Counted from the stretch's first letter, positions 17,149 to 26,312 are shown. The stretch: DNA of 64,000 nt from an uncultured virus (IMG/VR IMGVR_UViG_3300023198_000771) (IMGVR_UViG_3300023198_000771); one strand, 5' to 3'. The notes: a model not told the origin generated them from the letters alone. Numbers and translations are program-made.

Positions 17149-18032
17149 ATCAGTTCGTGTTGGTTAAAATATCTTATTGCTTCCTCACCGATCCACTTGG
17201 CCAGTGGTGGACATACAGCGTTACCGATCTGCTTGTACTGCTCAGTCTCACCACCATGAAATACATAGCTATCAGGGAATCCCATTACTCTGGCATACTC
17301 TCTGACAGTGAAGGGGCGATAGCCAACAGGGACAGAAGGATCAACAATCACTTGATGGCCCTTATTCTTGCCATACTGGGCCAGTAAGCACCTTGCATAG
17401 GTTCGGGGGTCACTTGGGTCAAGGATCACAGGTTTGTCCCTGTATTCACCGTCAAAACGTGCGACAACACTGCTTGTTGGTTCTATCCCGTTCCACTCAT
17501 CCAATAGATCAGATAACAATGGTCTGACAGTTACCTCTGGTGGCCTGAGTTCAAATGGCTTCCGGGTACCGATCAGGATCAAGCGAGGGCGTGACTGTGG
17601 TAGCCAGTTCAGCGAGTTCACCGGACATAGTATATTAATATAGTAGTCGGGGAGTTCTTGCATGGCTTCCATCACCACTGGAAACTTCTTCATGCCGGGG
17701 ACATTCTCAACGATATACATCTCCGGTTCCTCAATGGCAATGTGACGAAAGAAATGGAGGAAGAGATCATCACCTGTGCGGCTGCCCTTGATGTCAGCTA
17801 TTGCGCTGTAATGAGTGCAGGGATATGTACCCAGTATAATGGGAGTGGATGGCTGATCTTTTACCCTGATGTCCTTGATGTCCATCTCAAGCACTTTATG
17901 GTCATGGTTGGCCCGGAGGGTGGCAGCAGCATGAGGATCAAGTTCAAGGCTTTGTATAACCTTGATCCCGGCTTCCTTCATGCCCTGATCCATGCCCCCG
18001 GCACCACTGAAATATGATTTAGCTTCTATCAT
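17145..18032 (-). CDS. DNA (cytosine-5)-methyltransferase
   Basis: Motifs I FSGAGG, IV YPC, VI ENVPG, VIII QSRPR, IX/X REYARVMGFP..QIGNAV. Confidence 0.95.
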   Translation of the reverse strand: MIEAKSYFSGAGGMDQGMKEAGIKVIQSLELDPHAAATLRANHDHKVLEMDIKDIRVKDQPSTPIILGTYPCTHYSAIADIKGSRTGDDLFLHFFRHIAIEEPEMYIVENVPGMKKFPVVMEAMQELPDYYINILCPVNSLNWLPQSRPRLILIGTRKPFELRPPEVTVRPLLSDLLDEWNGIEPTSSVVARFDGEYRDKPVILDPSDPRTYARCLLAQYGKNKGHQVIVDPSVPVGYRPFTVREYARVMGFPDSYVFHGGETEQYKQIGNAVCPPLAKWIGEEAIRYFNQHELI

Positions 18033-18211
18033 CAGTCTATCTGATTTAATATGTCAATAGCTGCTTGAATATGAATAGCTGCCCTTCTCATTCTCTCAAG
18101 GTTGGTAGGGCCAAGTATGAGGGTTGTCCTGTCCTCATTTAGTTTCTGCTTGTTGTGGAGCGCAATACGCACCTTTTCAAGCTGTGTGATATGTGTGCTG
18201 CAAAGTGTCAT
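18032..18211 (-). CDS. Small hypothetical protein (59 aa)
   Basis: MTLCSTHITQLEK...LNQID*; TGATG overlap. Confidence 0.55.
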   Translation of the reverse strand: MTLCSTHITQLEKVRIALHNKQKLNEDRTTLILGPTNLERMRRAAIHIQAAIDILNQID

Positions 18212-18212
18212 A

Positions 18213-18695
18213 TCAGTGTTGGATTAGACCCTCATCAGCGAAGGAGAAATAGTTTTCTCTGGTGATAATGATGTGATCAAGCAGCTTGATTTCACAAAGT
18301 TCGGCTGCCTTGTTTATCTTCTCTGTTATCTTGATGTCTGCATCACTTGGCTGAATGTTTCCAGAAGGGTGATTGTGCGCTACGATGATGTTACAAGAGA
18401 AAGCTAAGAGCGCAGCAGCCAGTAGTGTACGGGTGTCGATAACTGTCCCTGATAGTCCACCTTTGGAGTGCAGGACAATGCCCTTGACTCTGTTGGCCCT
18501 GTTGAGTAGGATCAGGTAGAAAGATTCATGTGCTTCCAGTGTTCCCGGCTCCCAGTTGTTGCGCAGCATATCAGTCACTTCCTGACTGTTTTTAATGGGT
18601 TCATTCATGCCATCATTGACATAATGGAGCGTAGCTTGTGGCACTCCGTAGAGTGTTAGCTGCTCCTTAACTTGCTTGATTTCAATCTGTTTCAT
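18213..18695 (-). CDS. radC: RadC-like JAB domain protein
   Basis: ESFYLILLNRAN, AHNHPSGNIQPSDAD, LLDHIII, FSFADEG; probable start ATG 18695. Confidence 0.93.
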   Translation of the reverse strand: MKQIEIKQVKEQLTLYGVPQATLHYVNDGMNEPIKNSQEVTDMLRNNWEPGTLEAHESFYLILLNRANRVKGIVLHSKGGLSGTVIDTRTLLAAALLAFSCNIIVAHNHPSGNIQPSDADIKITEKINKAAELCEIKLLDHIIITRENYFSFADEGLIQH

Positions 18696-18742
18696 CGTAT
18701 TTGTGTATTGGTTTAACACTATTTATACTGTCTGTATGGGGG

Positions 18743-18823
18743 TGAAGTTACAACAACAGAATGAAAATAACAAATAAATATATCAAATAGATTTGTATAT
18801 TAAATATATTCGTTGTAGTATTG
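18743..18823. promoter_or_regulatory. Back-to-back divergent Bacteroidota-type promoters
   Basis: Minus: TTTG(18774-18771)-N20-TAACTTCA(18750-18743); plus: TTTG(18792-18795)-N20-TAGTATTG(18816-18823). Confidence 0.65.
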
Positions 18824-18855
18824 AATCAGAAACCAATACTAAAAACCGATACAAA

Positions 18856-19206
18856 ATGAGCAAAGAGATTAAGGATCAGACAGTTAACAGCTTTAACGCT
18901 GTGATTAATGAGAAACTGGACACACCAGAAAAGCGTTTGGATGTGGCCACAACCATCTGTAAAAGAGCGTTTAACGTAGTTGGCGATCTAACATTTCACC
19001 ATCTGAGTGAGTTCGACCACAGGGATGAGGATAAGCCAAGAGATCAGTTCTCCCCATCTATCTATTGGGTGTATGATTTCAAGGTAGAGGGGCTGACGGT
19101 ACCCGGAACCACTGACCAGTACAAGCACAACAGCATCACACTGGCTAACTATGGTGGTGTAGATTTCGGCTTTCACTCTTTCAATATCAGATACCTAAAT
19201 ATTTAA
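18856..19206 (+). CDS. Hypothetical protein
   Basis: Start MSKEIK after AACCAATAC leader. Confidence 0.65.
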   Translation: MSKEIKDQTVNSFNAVINEKLDTPEKRLDVATTICKRAFNVVGDLTFHHLSEFDHRDEDKPRDQFSPSIYWVYDFKVEGLTVPGTTDQYKHNSITLANYGGVDFGFHSFNIRYLNI

Positions 19207-19209
19207 GCT

Positions 19210-19644
19210 ATGAGAGACACAGATTTTATAAAAGTAGAAATATCCGTTGACATTGAGTTGAGCAATGGGGGCATTGAGTTGAAGAACCACGACTATTATT
19301 GGTACTCCTCAAGCAGAACAAAACCGGGAGAGTCTTATCTTGAAGTAATAGCCTTGATCAAGTCACTGTTGAAGCATGGGAGGCTTTCAATGATTACCAT
19401 TGATGTACTGAAGGGTAACACCCAAAGCACCACCACTGAGAATATCTATTCACTCCGCATGATCGAAAGGGGAGCCGGGGAGATGAGAGTAGCAAGATTT
19501 GAGAATAGTAAGTATAACTTTGATGATGAAGATACCATCACCACTCAAACACCTGAGTCATTTGTAGCCCAGTATGGAGCCGCAGCCAATGAACAGGCGA
19601 TGTATTACTGGATCGAATGGTTAAAAGAAATAACAGGAGCATGA
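19210..19644 (+). CDS. Hypothetical protein
   Basis: ORF in operon. Confidence 0.65.
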   Translation: MRDTDFIKVEISVDIELSNGGIELKNHDYYWYSSSRTKPGESYLEVIALIKSLLKHGRLSMITIDVLKGNTQSTTTENIYSLRMIERGAGEMRVARFENSKYNFDDEDTITTQTPESFVAQYGAAANEQAMYYWIEWLKEITGA

Positions 19645-19832
19645 GCGCAAAGGGAGATAAGGCCAGAAAGTCATTTAACTACGCTTGTAAACAAGCGAGT
19701 AAGTGCAGACACGAACGGTACATTGTTAACTGTTCAAATTGCTCTGATTACTCCACCTGTGATATACAGGCAAGGATTGAGAAGGCAAGGGGAAACCTTG
19801 AGTACACTAATTTCACACAATTTAAAGTATAG
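19641..19832 (+). CDS. Small Cys-rich protein
   Basis: C..C...CSNC....C; ATGA overlap. Confidence 0.55.
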   Translation: MSAKGDKARKSFNYACKQASKCRHERYIVNCSNCSDYSTCDIQARIEKARGNLEYTNFTQFKV

Positions 19833-19836
19833 CACC

Positions 19837-20253
19837 ATGAACACAATGACCGAAGTAAAACAGACAGTTTGGTATGCAGGGAGATTACTCCACTACACTG
19901 ATACCATCGTAGAGCCACAGCCTGATGCACAGGACGCAATGGGCAATTATATTGATGAGATGCAGGAGCAGCTTGAAATCTACAAAGACAGGGGATTGAA
20001 AGCCTGTTGGACGCATGAGCAGGGAGATGTTCACCACCTGTACACTGAGAGGTATCACAACCAACAACTGCCAGTAATGGAGTTGAGCAACACCGCATTT
20101 ATTGTTGACTTCCAGTTACAGGAGATCAGGCAAAGCAGCAACCCATACAATGCTATCCCTTTCACTGAGATGGATGAGGACACGAAAGCAAGGGTAAGGG
20201 GGATCAGGGCGCAGTATTCACAACTGGATTACATTCCCGGTCTGGACGATTAG
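19837..20253 (+). CDS. Hypothetical protein
   Basis: Probable start MNTMTEV at 19837. Confidence 0.6.
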   Translation: MNTMTEVKQTVWYAGRLLHYTDTIVEPQPDAQDAMGNYIDEMQEQLEIYKDRGLKACWTHEQGDVHHLYTERYHNQQLPVMELSNTAFIVDFQLQEIRQSSNPYNAIPFTEMDEDTKARVRGIRAQYSQLDYIPGLDD

Positions 20254-20274
20254 AAGCGATTTAAGCGACTCAAT

Positions 20275-20310
20275 GGCTCGGATGGTTCAACTGTCCGGGC
20301 CTTTTGTTTT
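20275..20310 (+). terminator. Intrinsic terminator
   Basis: GGCTCGGATGG-ttcaa-CTGTCCGGGCC-TTTTGTTTT. Confidence 0.75.
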
Positions 20311-20826
20311 ACGGCCAACACTCAAGCGATAGGTATCAATGTGTGATGTTCTGTGGATCTCCTTCACCACCGCCTTATAGAATGTAATACCGGGAACAGT
20401 GAATGAAATGAAAGTGTTATTGATGTGTGAGGGTTTGACAGCATGAGGGTGAGCAGGATCAAAGGTTGTGCGATGGATCAGTCCTGCATTGATCAGCTTA
20501 CTGATGTAATTCAATTCAGTTGTGGTAAATGGATACTTGCAAGAGTCCACAGCAGCACCACCACCAGAAGTAAGGAAGTAGAGTTTGCAAAGCATGAACC
20601 ACTGGTACACTGTTATCTTTGGTTTAACCTGGGCCAGGGTACCTGGGATTAGATAAGCCAGGGTAATCACATCGAACCGGCTGACAGGCCACAGGAACCT
20701 CCACACCGCAAGATAAACCTGCTTGAAGAGTCTAACATCACCACCACTGAGAGTATTGAATGTTGTCAGCAGTAAGGGTGATACAGTTGGTAAGGAGGGT
20801 GGTGAAGGAGACTGTTGATTGATCAT
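20287..20826 (-). CDS. Hypothetical protein (possible winged helix)
   Basis: ORF; TAACTTGC promoter-like box at 20860-20853. Confidence 0.55.
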   Translation of the reverse strand: MINQQSPSPPSLPTVSPLLLTTFNTLSGGDVRLFKQVYLAVWRFLWPVSRFDVITLAYLIPGTLAQVKPKITVYQWFMLCKLYFLTSGGGAAVDSCKYPFTTTELNYISKLINAGLIHRTTFDPAHPHAVKPSHINNTFISFTVPGITFYKAVVKEIHRTSHIDTYRLSVGRKTKGPDS

Positions 20827-21335
20827 AACTCTCAATTTAATGTAGATTTGTTGCAAGTTAACACAATCTCAGTGCAATACACTGGACCATATCACACAAT
20901 GTCTATGAATATCGCATCCTAACGGCTTTTAATCCATAATACGGGACACGAAGAGGCACCAGTTATCCAACAACTGAACACCGCATGAACAGGGTGATTG
21001 ATGCGCTTTATTGGCAGCACCACCGATGTACTATAATTAATATTATGTTAAATAGGCCACAATGTCAGTATGATTGATGATAGCCTATCCCCTACCCTAT
21101 CGAGTTTGAGATCTCGCATTAAAATGAAGGAGAAGGGCAACCGCTTTGATGTTGGTGAGATCCACGGCCACACTGGGAGCCAATGGAGGGGGGCGGGTCC
21201 GCAGATTCGATTTCGTTTGAGATCCGGCATCCTGTTTTCTATACATAGAAGTCACACAGACAGTCACTTACCCTATGGCGGTATTCTGTGCGATATATAT
21301 TGACATAGTAGAATCGTGCAGATATGTTATATACG

Positions 21336-21367
21336 TTTGTATAGTATAAATATTTTTTTTACCTTTG
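21336..21367 (+). promoter_or_regulatory. Consensus Bacteroidota promoter
   Basis: TTTG(21336-21339)-N20-TACCTTTG(21360-21367). Confidence 0.8.
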
Positions 21368-21380
21368 GCATGGTACTGTA

Positions 21381-21902
21381 ATGCTATTGTGTTATATGAA
21401 AAAAATTTCGACAAGTAACGGTTTTTTTATCCTGGTGGATGACGCTGATTTTGCTTATTTGGATCAGTTCGTTTGGAGGGCGAGGGACAACTATGGGAGG
21501 ACTCGATATGCTGTCCGGGGCCGTTATAAGGCATCTACTGTAATTATGCACCGGATGATTATGGATGCTCCTGAAGGCGTTGAGGTTGATCATATAGACG
21601 GGAATGGGCTGAACAACCAGAGAAGCAACTTGCGGCTATGCAGTTCTTCTGAAAACAAGTGGAATGGTTGTAAGCGTAACTGGAATGGTAAATCTACCCT
21701 GAGTAAGTATAAGGGTGTTACTTCTATTCGGTACAAGAAGAAAGACGGTACGGTGCGGATCCGGTGGGTAGCACAGATACGGCATAACTGGAAGCCTATT
21801 TACATTGGAATGTATGATACTGAGGAAGAAGCAGCCGAGGCGTACAATGAAAAGGCCGTGGAATTGTTTAACGAATTTGCAAAGCTGAATGAACTGGGAT
21901 AA
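21381..21902 (+). CDS. HNH endonuclease with AP2 domain
   Basis: MHRMIM..VDHIDGNGLNNQRSNLR, SKYKGV, WVAQI...IG.YDTEEEAAEAYN. Confidence 0.92.
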   Translation: MLLCYMKKISTSNGFFILVDDADFAYLDQFVWRARDNYGRTRYAVRGRYKASTVIMHRMIMDAPEGVEVDHIDGNGLNNQRSNLRLCSSSENKWNGCKRNWNGKSTLSKYKGVTSIRYKKKDGTVRIRWVAQIRHNWKPIYIGMYDTEEEAAEAYNEKAVELFNEFAKLNELG

Positions 21903-22149
21903 AGATTGGTATGTGGTGTTCTCTGATCAAGGGAATGGGAGCGCACTAACAAAAGGGTTTACTAACCGGACTGTATTGGCCGAGTACCTGGATGTAAGCT
22001 ATAATACGCTTACTAACCATTTTGTACGTGACAAGGAGGATTATCATGTTTATCCTGAGAAAGGTGTTACTGTGATCCGTGTGAAGGGAATAATCCCAGG
22101 AAAGCAGAGGGTTCAGCGACATACTGGTGAGCATAACCGAAACATTTGA
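21889..22149 (+). CDS. Small HTH-like protein
   Basis: LAEYLDVSYNTL. Confidence 0.55.
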   Translation: MNWDKDWYVVFSDQGNGSALTKGFTNRTVLAEYLDVSYNTLTNHFVRDKEDYHVYPEKGVTVIRVKGIIPGKQRVQRHTGEHNRNI

Positions 22150-22330
22150 TATTATGGTTAAGATCTTATATGATGTGCCTATTGAAGTTACTGAGAAGCA
22201 GTACCGGAGGATTACGGACGGGCGGTTCGGTATGATTGTGGCGCACCGTAGAGATGCGGAGGGGCGGTGTTGGATCAAGCTGTGGGTGATGCAGTACAAG
22301 GAACGGTTGGCAATGGAATTAAATAAGTAA
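22127..22330 (+). CDS. Hypothetical protein
   Basis: ORF in operon; start uncertain. Confidence 0.5.
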   Translation: MSITETFDIMVKILYDVPIEVTEKQYRRITDGRFGMIVAHRRDAEGRCWIKLWVMQYKERLAMELNK

Positions 22331-22332
22331 CT

Positions 22333-22515
22333 ATGTGTAGATTCAGATTATTTAAGAAGCGTACTACTCCGGAGAAGGATTGGACAGGGTTCAGTGCGAA
22401 GAAGCCATGCGGTGCGATTGCAGTGATTCATACATATCCCTGTGATCACACAAAGCATTACGAGTGCCGGTACTGTGAGATATGGGTACCAGGCCCTCCA
22501 ATTAGGAATATATAA
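22333..22515 (+). CDS. Small Cys-rich hypothetical protein
   Basis: 60 aa ORF containing CRYC. Confidence 0.45.
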   Translation: MCRFRLFKKRTTPEKDWTGFSAKKPCGAIAVIHTYPCDHTKHYECRYCEIWVPGPPIRNI

Positions 22516-22560
22516 TTTAACACAGGATATTGTAATAATTTTTACTTAAAAGTTGTAACC

Positions 22561-22938
22561 ATGCACTACACACTATTTGAACTGGAACGTATTGAGAAGA
22601 TCCTGAATATTAAACTGGACGAGGCCCGGGAAGCGTATATGCAACGCCTGGACATTGTTCAGAACAATTTCCGAGCCATGATAATTGAGAGCAATGGCCG
22701 TCAGGAGAGGATTGTTATCCATGGTTCTGCTGCCGGTTATGAGGGGGAGCCTGTTAGTGGGGAGCTGTCTGCTAAGTGGAAGGATTTCCAACTGGACGAT
22801 ATGGACCTGGTGTTCCTGCATGGAGAGGTGGATCTCTTCAAGAGTGGTATCAACTCCCTGTATTCGTACTGGAACTATGCTGTGGAGATCTTTATTGACA
22901 ATATGCGTACACGTATCACAGAAAAGGAGAAAACATGA
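22561..22938 (+). CDS. Hypothetical protein
   Basis: ORF in operon. Confidence 0.6.
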   Translation: MHYTLFELERIEKILNIKLDEAREAYMQRLDIVQNNFRAMIIESNGRQERIVIHGSAAGYEGEPVSGELSAKWKDFQLDDMDLVFLHGEVDLFKSGINSLYSYWNYAVEIFIDNMRTRITEKEKT

Positions 22939-23339
22939 AAAGATCAGAATTTTTAAAACGGTTGGGCCTGGGGATAGCGGCTATTCCTTTTGCCAAACAA
23001 GTTGCCGGTGCGGTGACAGAGGTAATGAATGATGAGGCCGGAATAATAGCTGATGGCGTTCCTAAAGAGTGGTTGGCAAAACCTCCTATCCATGACGAGA
23101 TGATTGCAAAGTATGGCCACTATGAGGAACCATGGATCCATGAAGGGTGGCCGTTGAGGTTGAATGATATAATCGCTATTGAGAACTCAGATGATGAGTA
23201 CCTGGTAACTGCACTTCACAGGGATCCTGTTGAGGGAAAACAAATGGCTACCTGTATTCCATTCAAGGAAGGTCCACCGGTGTATATCACCCGGGACAAT
23301 AATATAATCAGATTTTCAAACCTTAAATCACAATTATGA
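22935..23339 (+). CDS. Protein with Tat-like signal peptide
   Basis: MKRSEFLKRLGLGIAAIPFAKQVAGA resembles RRxFLK. Confidence 0.55.
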   Translation: MKRSEFLKRLGLGIAAIPFAKQVAGAVTEVMNDEAGIIADGVPKEWLAKPPIHDEMIAKYGHYEEPWIHEGWPLRLNDIIAIENSDDEYLVTALHRDPVEGKQMATCIPFKEGPPVYITRDNNIIRFSNLKSQL

Positions 23340-23815
23340 AACAAGACCAAGTACAGATCCTTCACGCCAAGTTCGGGAAGATCATTGAGATCGGTTATTA
23401 TGACCGTACCGATGCACGTAACCATTCCATTGAGGATGAAGAGGTCGCACACCGGGACCTGAAAAATGCGCTGATGGCCTTTAAGGATGAGGTGTCCGAG
23501 GCATACTACTCTGTGGCTCATACCCTGAGTGACTACATCACTCCAAATGAGGTGATAGTGACTGAGAAGAAAGGAGCCTTCTTCCTGACCATTAAGGGTA
23601 AGTTCTCTACCTCCCATTCTGATGAGGTGAATATTACCTCCGGAGCGATCCTGATGGCAGATGATCCCACTGATGATCTGGTGGTGAAGCTGAACACCCT
23701 CCGCACTGAGTTGTGGGAATACTTCTGGAACGATAAAGCTGACGGTAAGCTGCCGTTCCCCAAAGGAGAGGTACCCGAGGCGGTGCAGGAAGAGAACACC
23801 ATCTTAGAAAATTAG
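23336..23815 (+). CDS. Hypothetical protein
   Basis: ORF with ATGA overlap. Confidence 0.7.
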   Translation: MKQDQVQILHAKFGKIIEIGYYDRTDARNHSIEDEEVAHRDLKNALMAFKDEVSEAYYSVAHTLSDYITPNEVIVTEKKGAFFLTIKGKFSTSHSDEVNITSGAILMADDPTDDLVVKLNTLRTELWEYFWNDKADGKLPFPKGEVPEAVQEENTILEN

Positions 23816-23817
23816 TT

Positions 23818-24012
23818 ATGGATTATTTCTATAACGCAACCCATGAGAGTTTCCAATCGATGATTGGACTGACCTACACTTTTCCTATCCAAGATGCCTG
23901 GAACTATTCCAGTGTATGTAATGCAGCAATAGGCGCAAATCTGAAAGTTGAGGCTATGTTGGATGATGGGGTCGTTTATACAATCATAACCCAAACAATT
24001 CTTCGGCCATGA
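23818..24012 (+). CDS. Hypothetical protein
   Basis: ORF in operon. Confidence 0.55.
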   Translation: MDYFYNATHESFQSMIGLTYTFPIQDAWNYSSVCNAAIGANLKVEAMLDDGVVYTIITQTILRP

Positions 24013-24236
24013 CCTACGATCCTCCATTAAGCCTCTCCTTCCGTAGTCTGATCAAAGAAGGAAAGTTTTTCACCTTGGATGGTGGGAAAGAAGTGACCGC
24101 ACCCTACTACTCTAAATTCATTCGCAGTACGGATGATTTGACATCGATTGAGGTAAATTATGTCTTAATCAAGTATTCCAGGTACAATAAGAACCTGATG
24201 GAACTGGCTACATACATCGATAAAATGAAGATATGA
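24009..24236 (+). CDS. Hypothetical protein
   Basis: ORF with ATGA overlaps. Confidence 0.55.
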   Translation: MTYDPPLSLSFRSLIKEGKFFTLDGGKEVTAPYYSKFIRSTDDLTSIEVNYVLIKYSRYNKNLMELATYIDKMKI

Positions 24237-24592
24237 TAGACTTACGCAGAATGTACAAGATCCTACAAAAATGGTTCAATGAAACCTTTGGGAAGGACCC
24301 GGATCCCATGACAGTCATACTCAAACTGCAAGAGGAAGTGAATGAGTTGAACATGAGGGTACAAACCTATGAGCAGTGGCAGACCAATGAGAACCGGTTG
24401 GCTGTTCAGGAAGAGATTGCCGATGTAACCATGGTCCTCTTCCGACTCTCTCAAACCTACGGCTTCTGCTACGATAACTTTGTGGATGCTATTATAACCA
24501 AGCATAATGTAAACCGGAAGCGTAAGTGGGTGGAGATGCCTGATGGCAGATGGAAGCACCTTCCTGACGGCACCACAATCACATACAAATGA
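24233..24592 (+). CDS. MazG-like / DUF550-type (d)NTP pyrophosphohydrolase
   Basis: KWFNETFG, KLQEEVNEL, EEIADV, K..VNRKRKW. Confidence 0.8.
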   Translation: MIDLRRMYKILQKWFNETFGKDPDPMTVILKLQEEVNELNMRVQTYEQWQTNENRLAVQEEIADVTMVLFRLSQTYGFCYDNFVDAIITKHNVNRKRKWVEMPDGRWKHLPDGTTITYK

Positions 24593-25002
24593 GTGAGCAT
24601 TATAAAACGATCCGTAAGGCCCGGGAAGCGGTCAAGGAGTTGAAAGCCCAAGCCTGGAACGATACCAAGATTGCCAAGCATATTGGCGTGTCAGTGCAAA
24701 TCATAAAGGATATTGTTATCCTTGATGAGGTGGCCATGAATCTCCGGCAGCCCACCGTTGACAAGTTCCGGAAGTTTATAGATACCCGCAGTGCAGCTAA
24801 ACAGCACTTTGCTGCCGAGGAAGAGAAACCGGAGCCTGAACCGGCACCAGAATATCAAGACCCCGGACCCCCTCCTTACGGGGGGAGGAAGATCGCTATG
24901 CCCGAGGATCTGTTGGCTGACCTCAACGAACTCTCTACAAAGTTTGCATCAAAGGGGTACCGGTTGGATTGCACACTCACACTTCAACACTCACCAGAAT
25001 GA
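24589..25002 (+). CDS. HTH-containing protein
   Basis: WNDTKIAKHIGVSVQII. Confidence 0.55.
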   Translation: MSEHYKTIRKAREAVKELKAQAWNDTKIAKHIGVSVQIIKDIVILDEVAMNLRQPTVDKFRKFIDTRSAAKQHFAAEEEKPEPEPAPEYQDPGPPPYGGRKIAMPEDLLADLNELSTKFASKGYRLDCTLTLQHSPE

Positions 25003-25385
25003 ACGCACTATCCGTAAAACAACCCTGGGCCGGTCTGATTGCCAAGGGCCGAAAGACCATCGAAACCCGTACATGGTACACTACCTACCGTGGAGATCTC
25101 CTTATCTGTTCATCCAAAGTCCGGATCCATCCGAACAAGGTTGGACAACACTACTACCAAGGACCGCTATGTTTCTTAAATGCACAAACCCTCTGCCTGG
25201 TAAAAGTGGTGGACTGTGTGGAGATGACTAAGGAGCATGAGTGTGCTGCTATGTGTCCAGTATATCCTGACGCATGGGCATGGATCCTGGAAGATATACG
25301 GGAGGTAAAGCACCTGCCGGTCAAAGGACAGTTGGGAATTTATAACGCACCGTACTCGTATGAGGAATTAAAACTGGAACTATGA
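24999..25385 (+). CDS. ASCH domain protein
   Basis: ALSVKQPWA.LI..G.KTIETRTW.T.YRG.L.I; VKGQLGIY. Confidence 0.9.
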   Translation: MNALSVKQPWAGLIAKGRKTIETRTWYTTYRGDLLICSSKVRIHPNKVGQHYYQGPLCFLNAQTLCLVKVVDCVEMTKEHECAAMCPVYPDAWAWILEDIREVKHLPVKGQLGIYNAPYSYEELKLEL

Positions 25386-25837
25386 GAATAAGCAAAGGAG
25401 AGAAAATAGCAACGTGGGTCCTGTACGCAGCAGTAGCAATATGGCTGTTCTCGCTTGGAGTATCCAACTGTAAAGGACAAATGACAATCCCACTGGTGAA
25501 GGGTACCGTGGAGGAAGGGAATGTGCTGACCCCGGGCGAGGGATCCGGAGATCTGTTCACCCTGTACAAAAGTACCATGGAGGCCACTACTGCCGAGGTG
25601 ACAATTGATTTCAGGCGATTGAAGTATGAGAGGCCAAGTAATCTTACCTATCCGATTGATAGCATTGATATTTCCGAAAGTATGCAGGATGGGTACGAAA
25701 AAATCACTTTATGGACCTCAGTGGAGTTCTCCCTTGACAAAGCCGAGAAGATCATCATATTCGCAAACGGTATCACTTACAGGATGTATATCTACTATCC
25801 GGAAGAGATCTTTTACTTTTCCGGCAAAGTTCACTAA
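25382..25837 (+). CDS. Membrane-anchored/secreted hypothetical protein
   Basis: N-terminal hydrophobic helix. Confidence 0.6.
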   Translation: MRISKGEKIATWVLYAAVAIWLFSLGVSNCKGQMTIPLVKGTVEEGNVLTPGEGSGDLFTLYKSTMEATTAEVTIDFRRLKYERPSNLTYPIDSIDISESMQDGYEKITLWTSVEFSLDKAEKIIIFANGITYRMYIYYPEEIFYFSGKVH

Positions 25838-25875
25838 CTTGCCTGGGAGAATAAATTCATCATAAACTTAAAACC

Positions 25876-26268
25876 ATGGCGAAAGAGAAAAAAGTAGTCA
25901 AACACCTTACCGGTAAAGTGGACATCAAGGCCACCTTATCACAGTTAAGGGATCCTGCACAGGCTAAAGGCCCACGGCAGATTGGACAGGTGAAAAGAGA
26001 TATTTCTGTCCGTATTGGAAAGGTCACCCGTGAAGAGGTGGTGAAGCGGCTCGATGCTGCCGAAGCGATCCTTACCACCGGAAAGGTGCCGGCAGCACTC
26101 AAAGGAGGATCCCCAAAGACAGCGAACGCTACCCTGTCCAAGGCAAAGGGTGATCTCACTAAGGCCAACAAGAAGATCGAGGCCCTGAAGGTGGAACTGG
26201 CAGCCAGTACTGCAGAACTGGAAAAAGCATTGGAGAGGATCCCAAGTGCGGATCCTACCGGAGAATAA
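25876..26268 (+). CDS. Basic protein with C-terminal coiled coil
   Basis: K/A-rich; TAACTTGC box upstream. Confidence 0.65.
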   Translation: MAKEKKVVKHLTGKVDIKATLSQLRDPAQAKGPRQIGQVKRDISVRIGKVTREEVVKRLDAAEAILTTGKVPAALKGGSPKTANATLSKAKGDLTKANKKIEALKVELAASTAELEKALERIPSADPTGE

Positions 26269-26312
26269 TTTTCAAAAAGTTTTCAACAGTCATTTTGTAT
26301 TGATTTTTCCCC

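Noticed and set aside
20860..21380. tRNA genes, CRISPR array, or the short ORFs 21048-21230 and 21070-21303
   Set aside because: No cloverleaf, no regularly spaced repeats; the ORFs lack motifs and typical leaders
21381..21902. Group I intron or intein hosting the HNH endonuclease
   Set aside because: Gene is free-standing with its own promoter; no interrupted host gene; no intein motifs noticed in terL or the helicase
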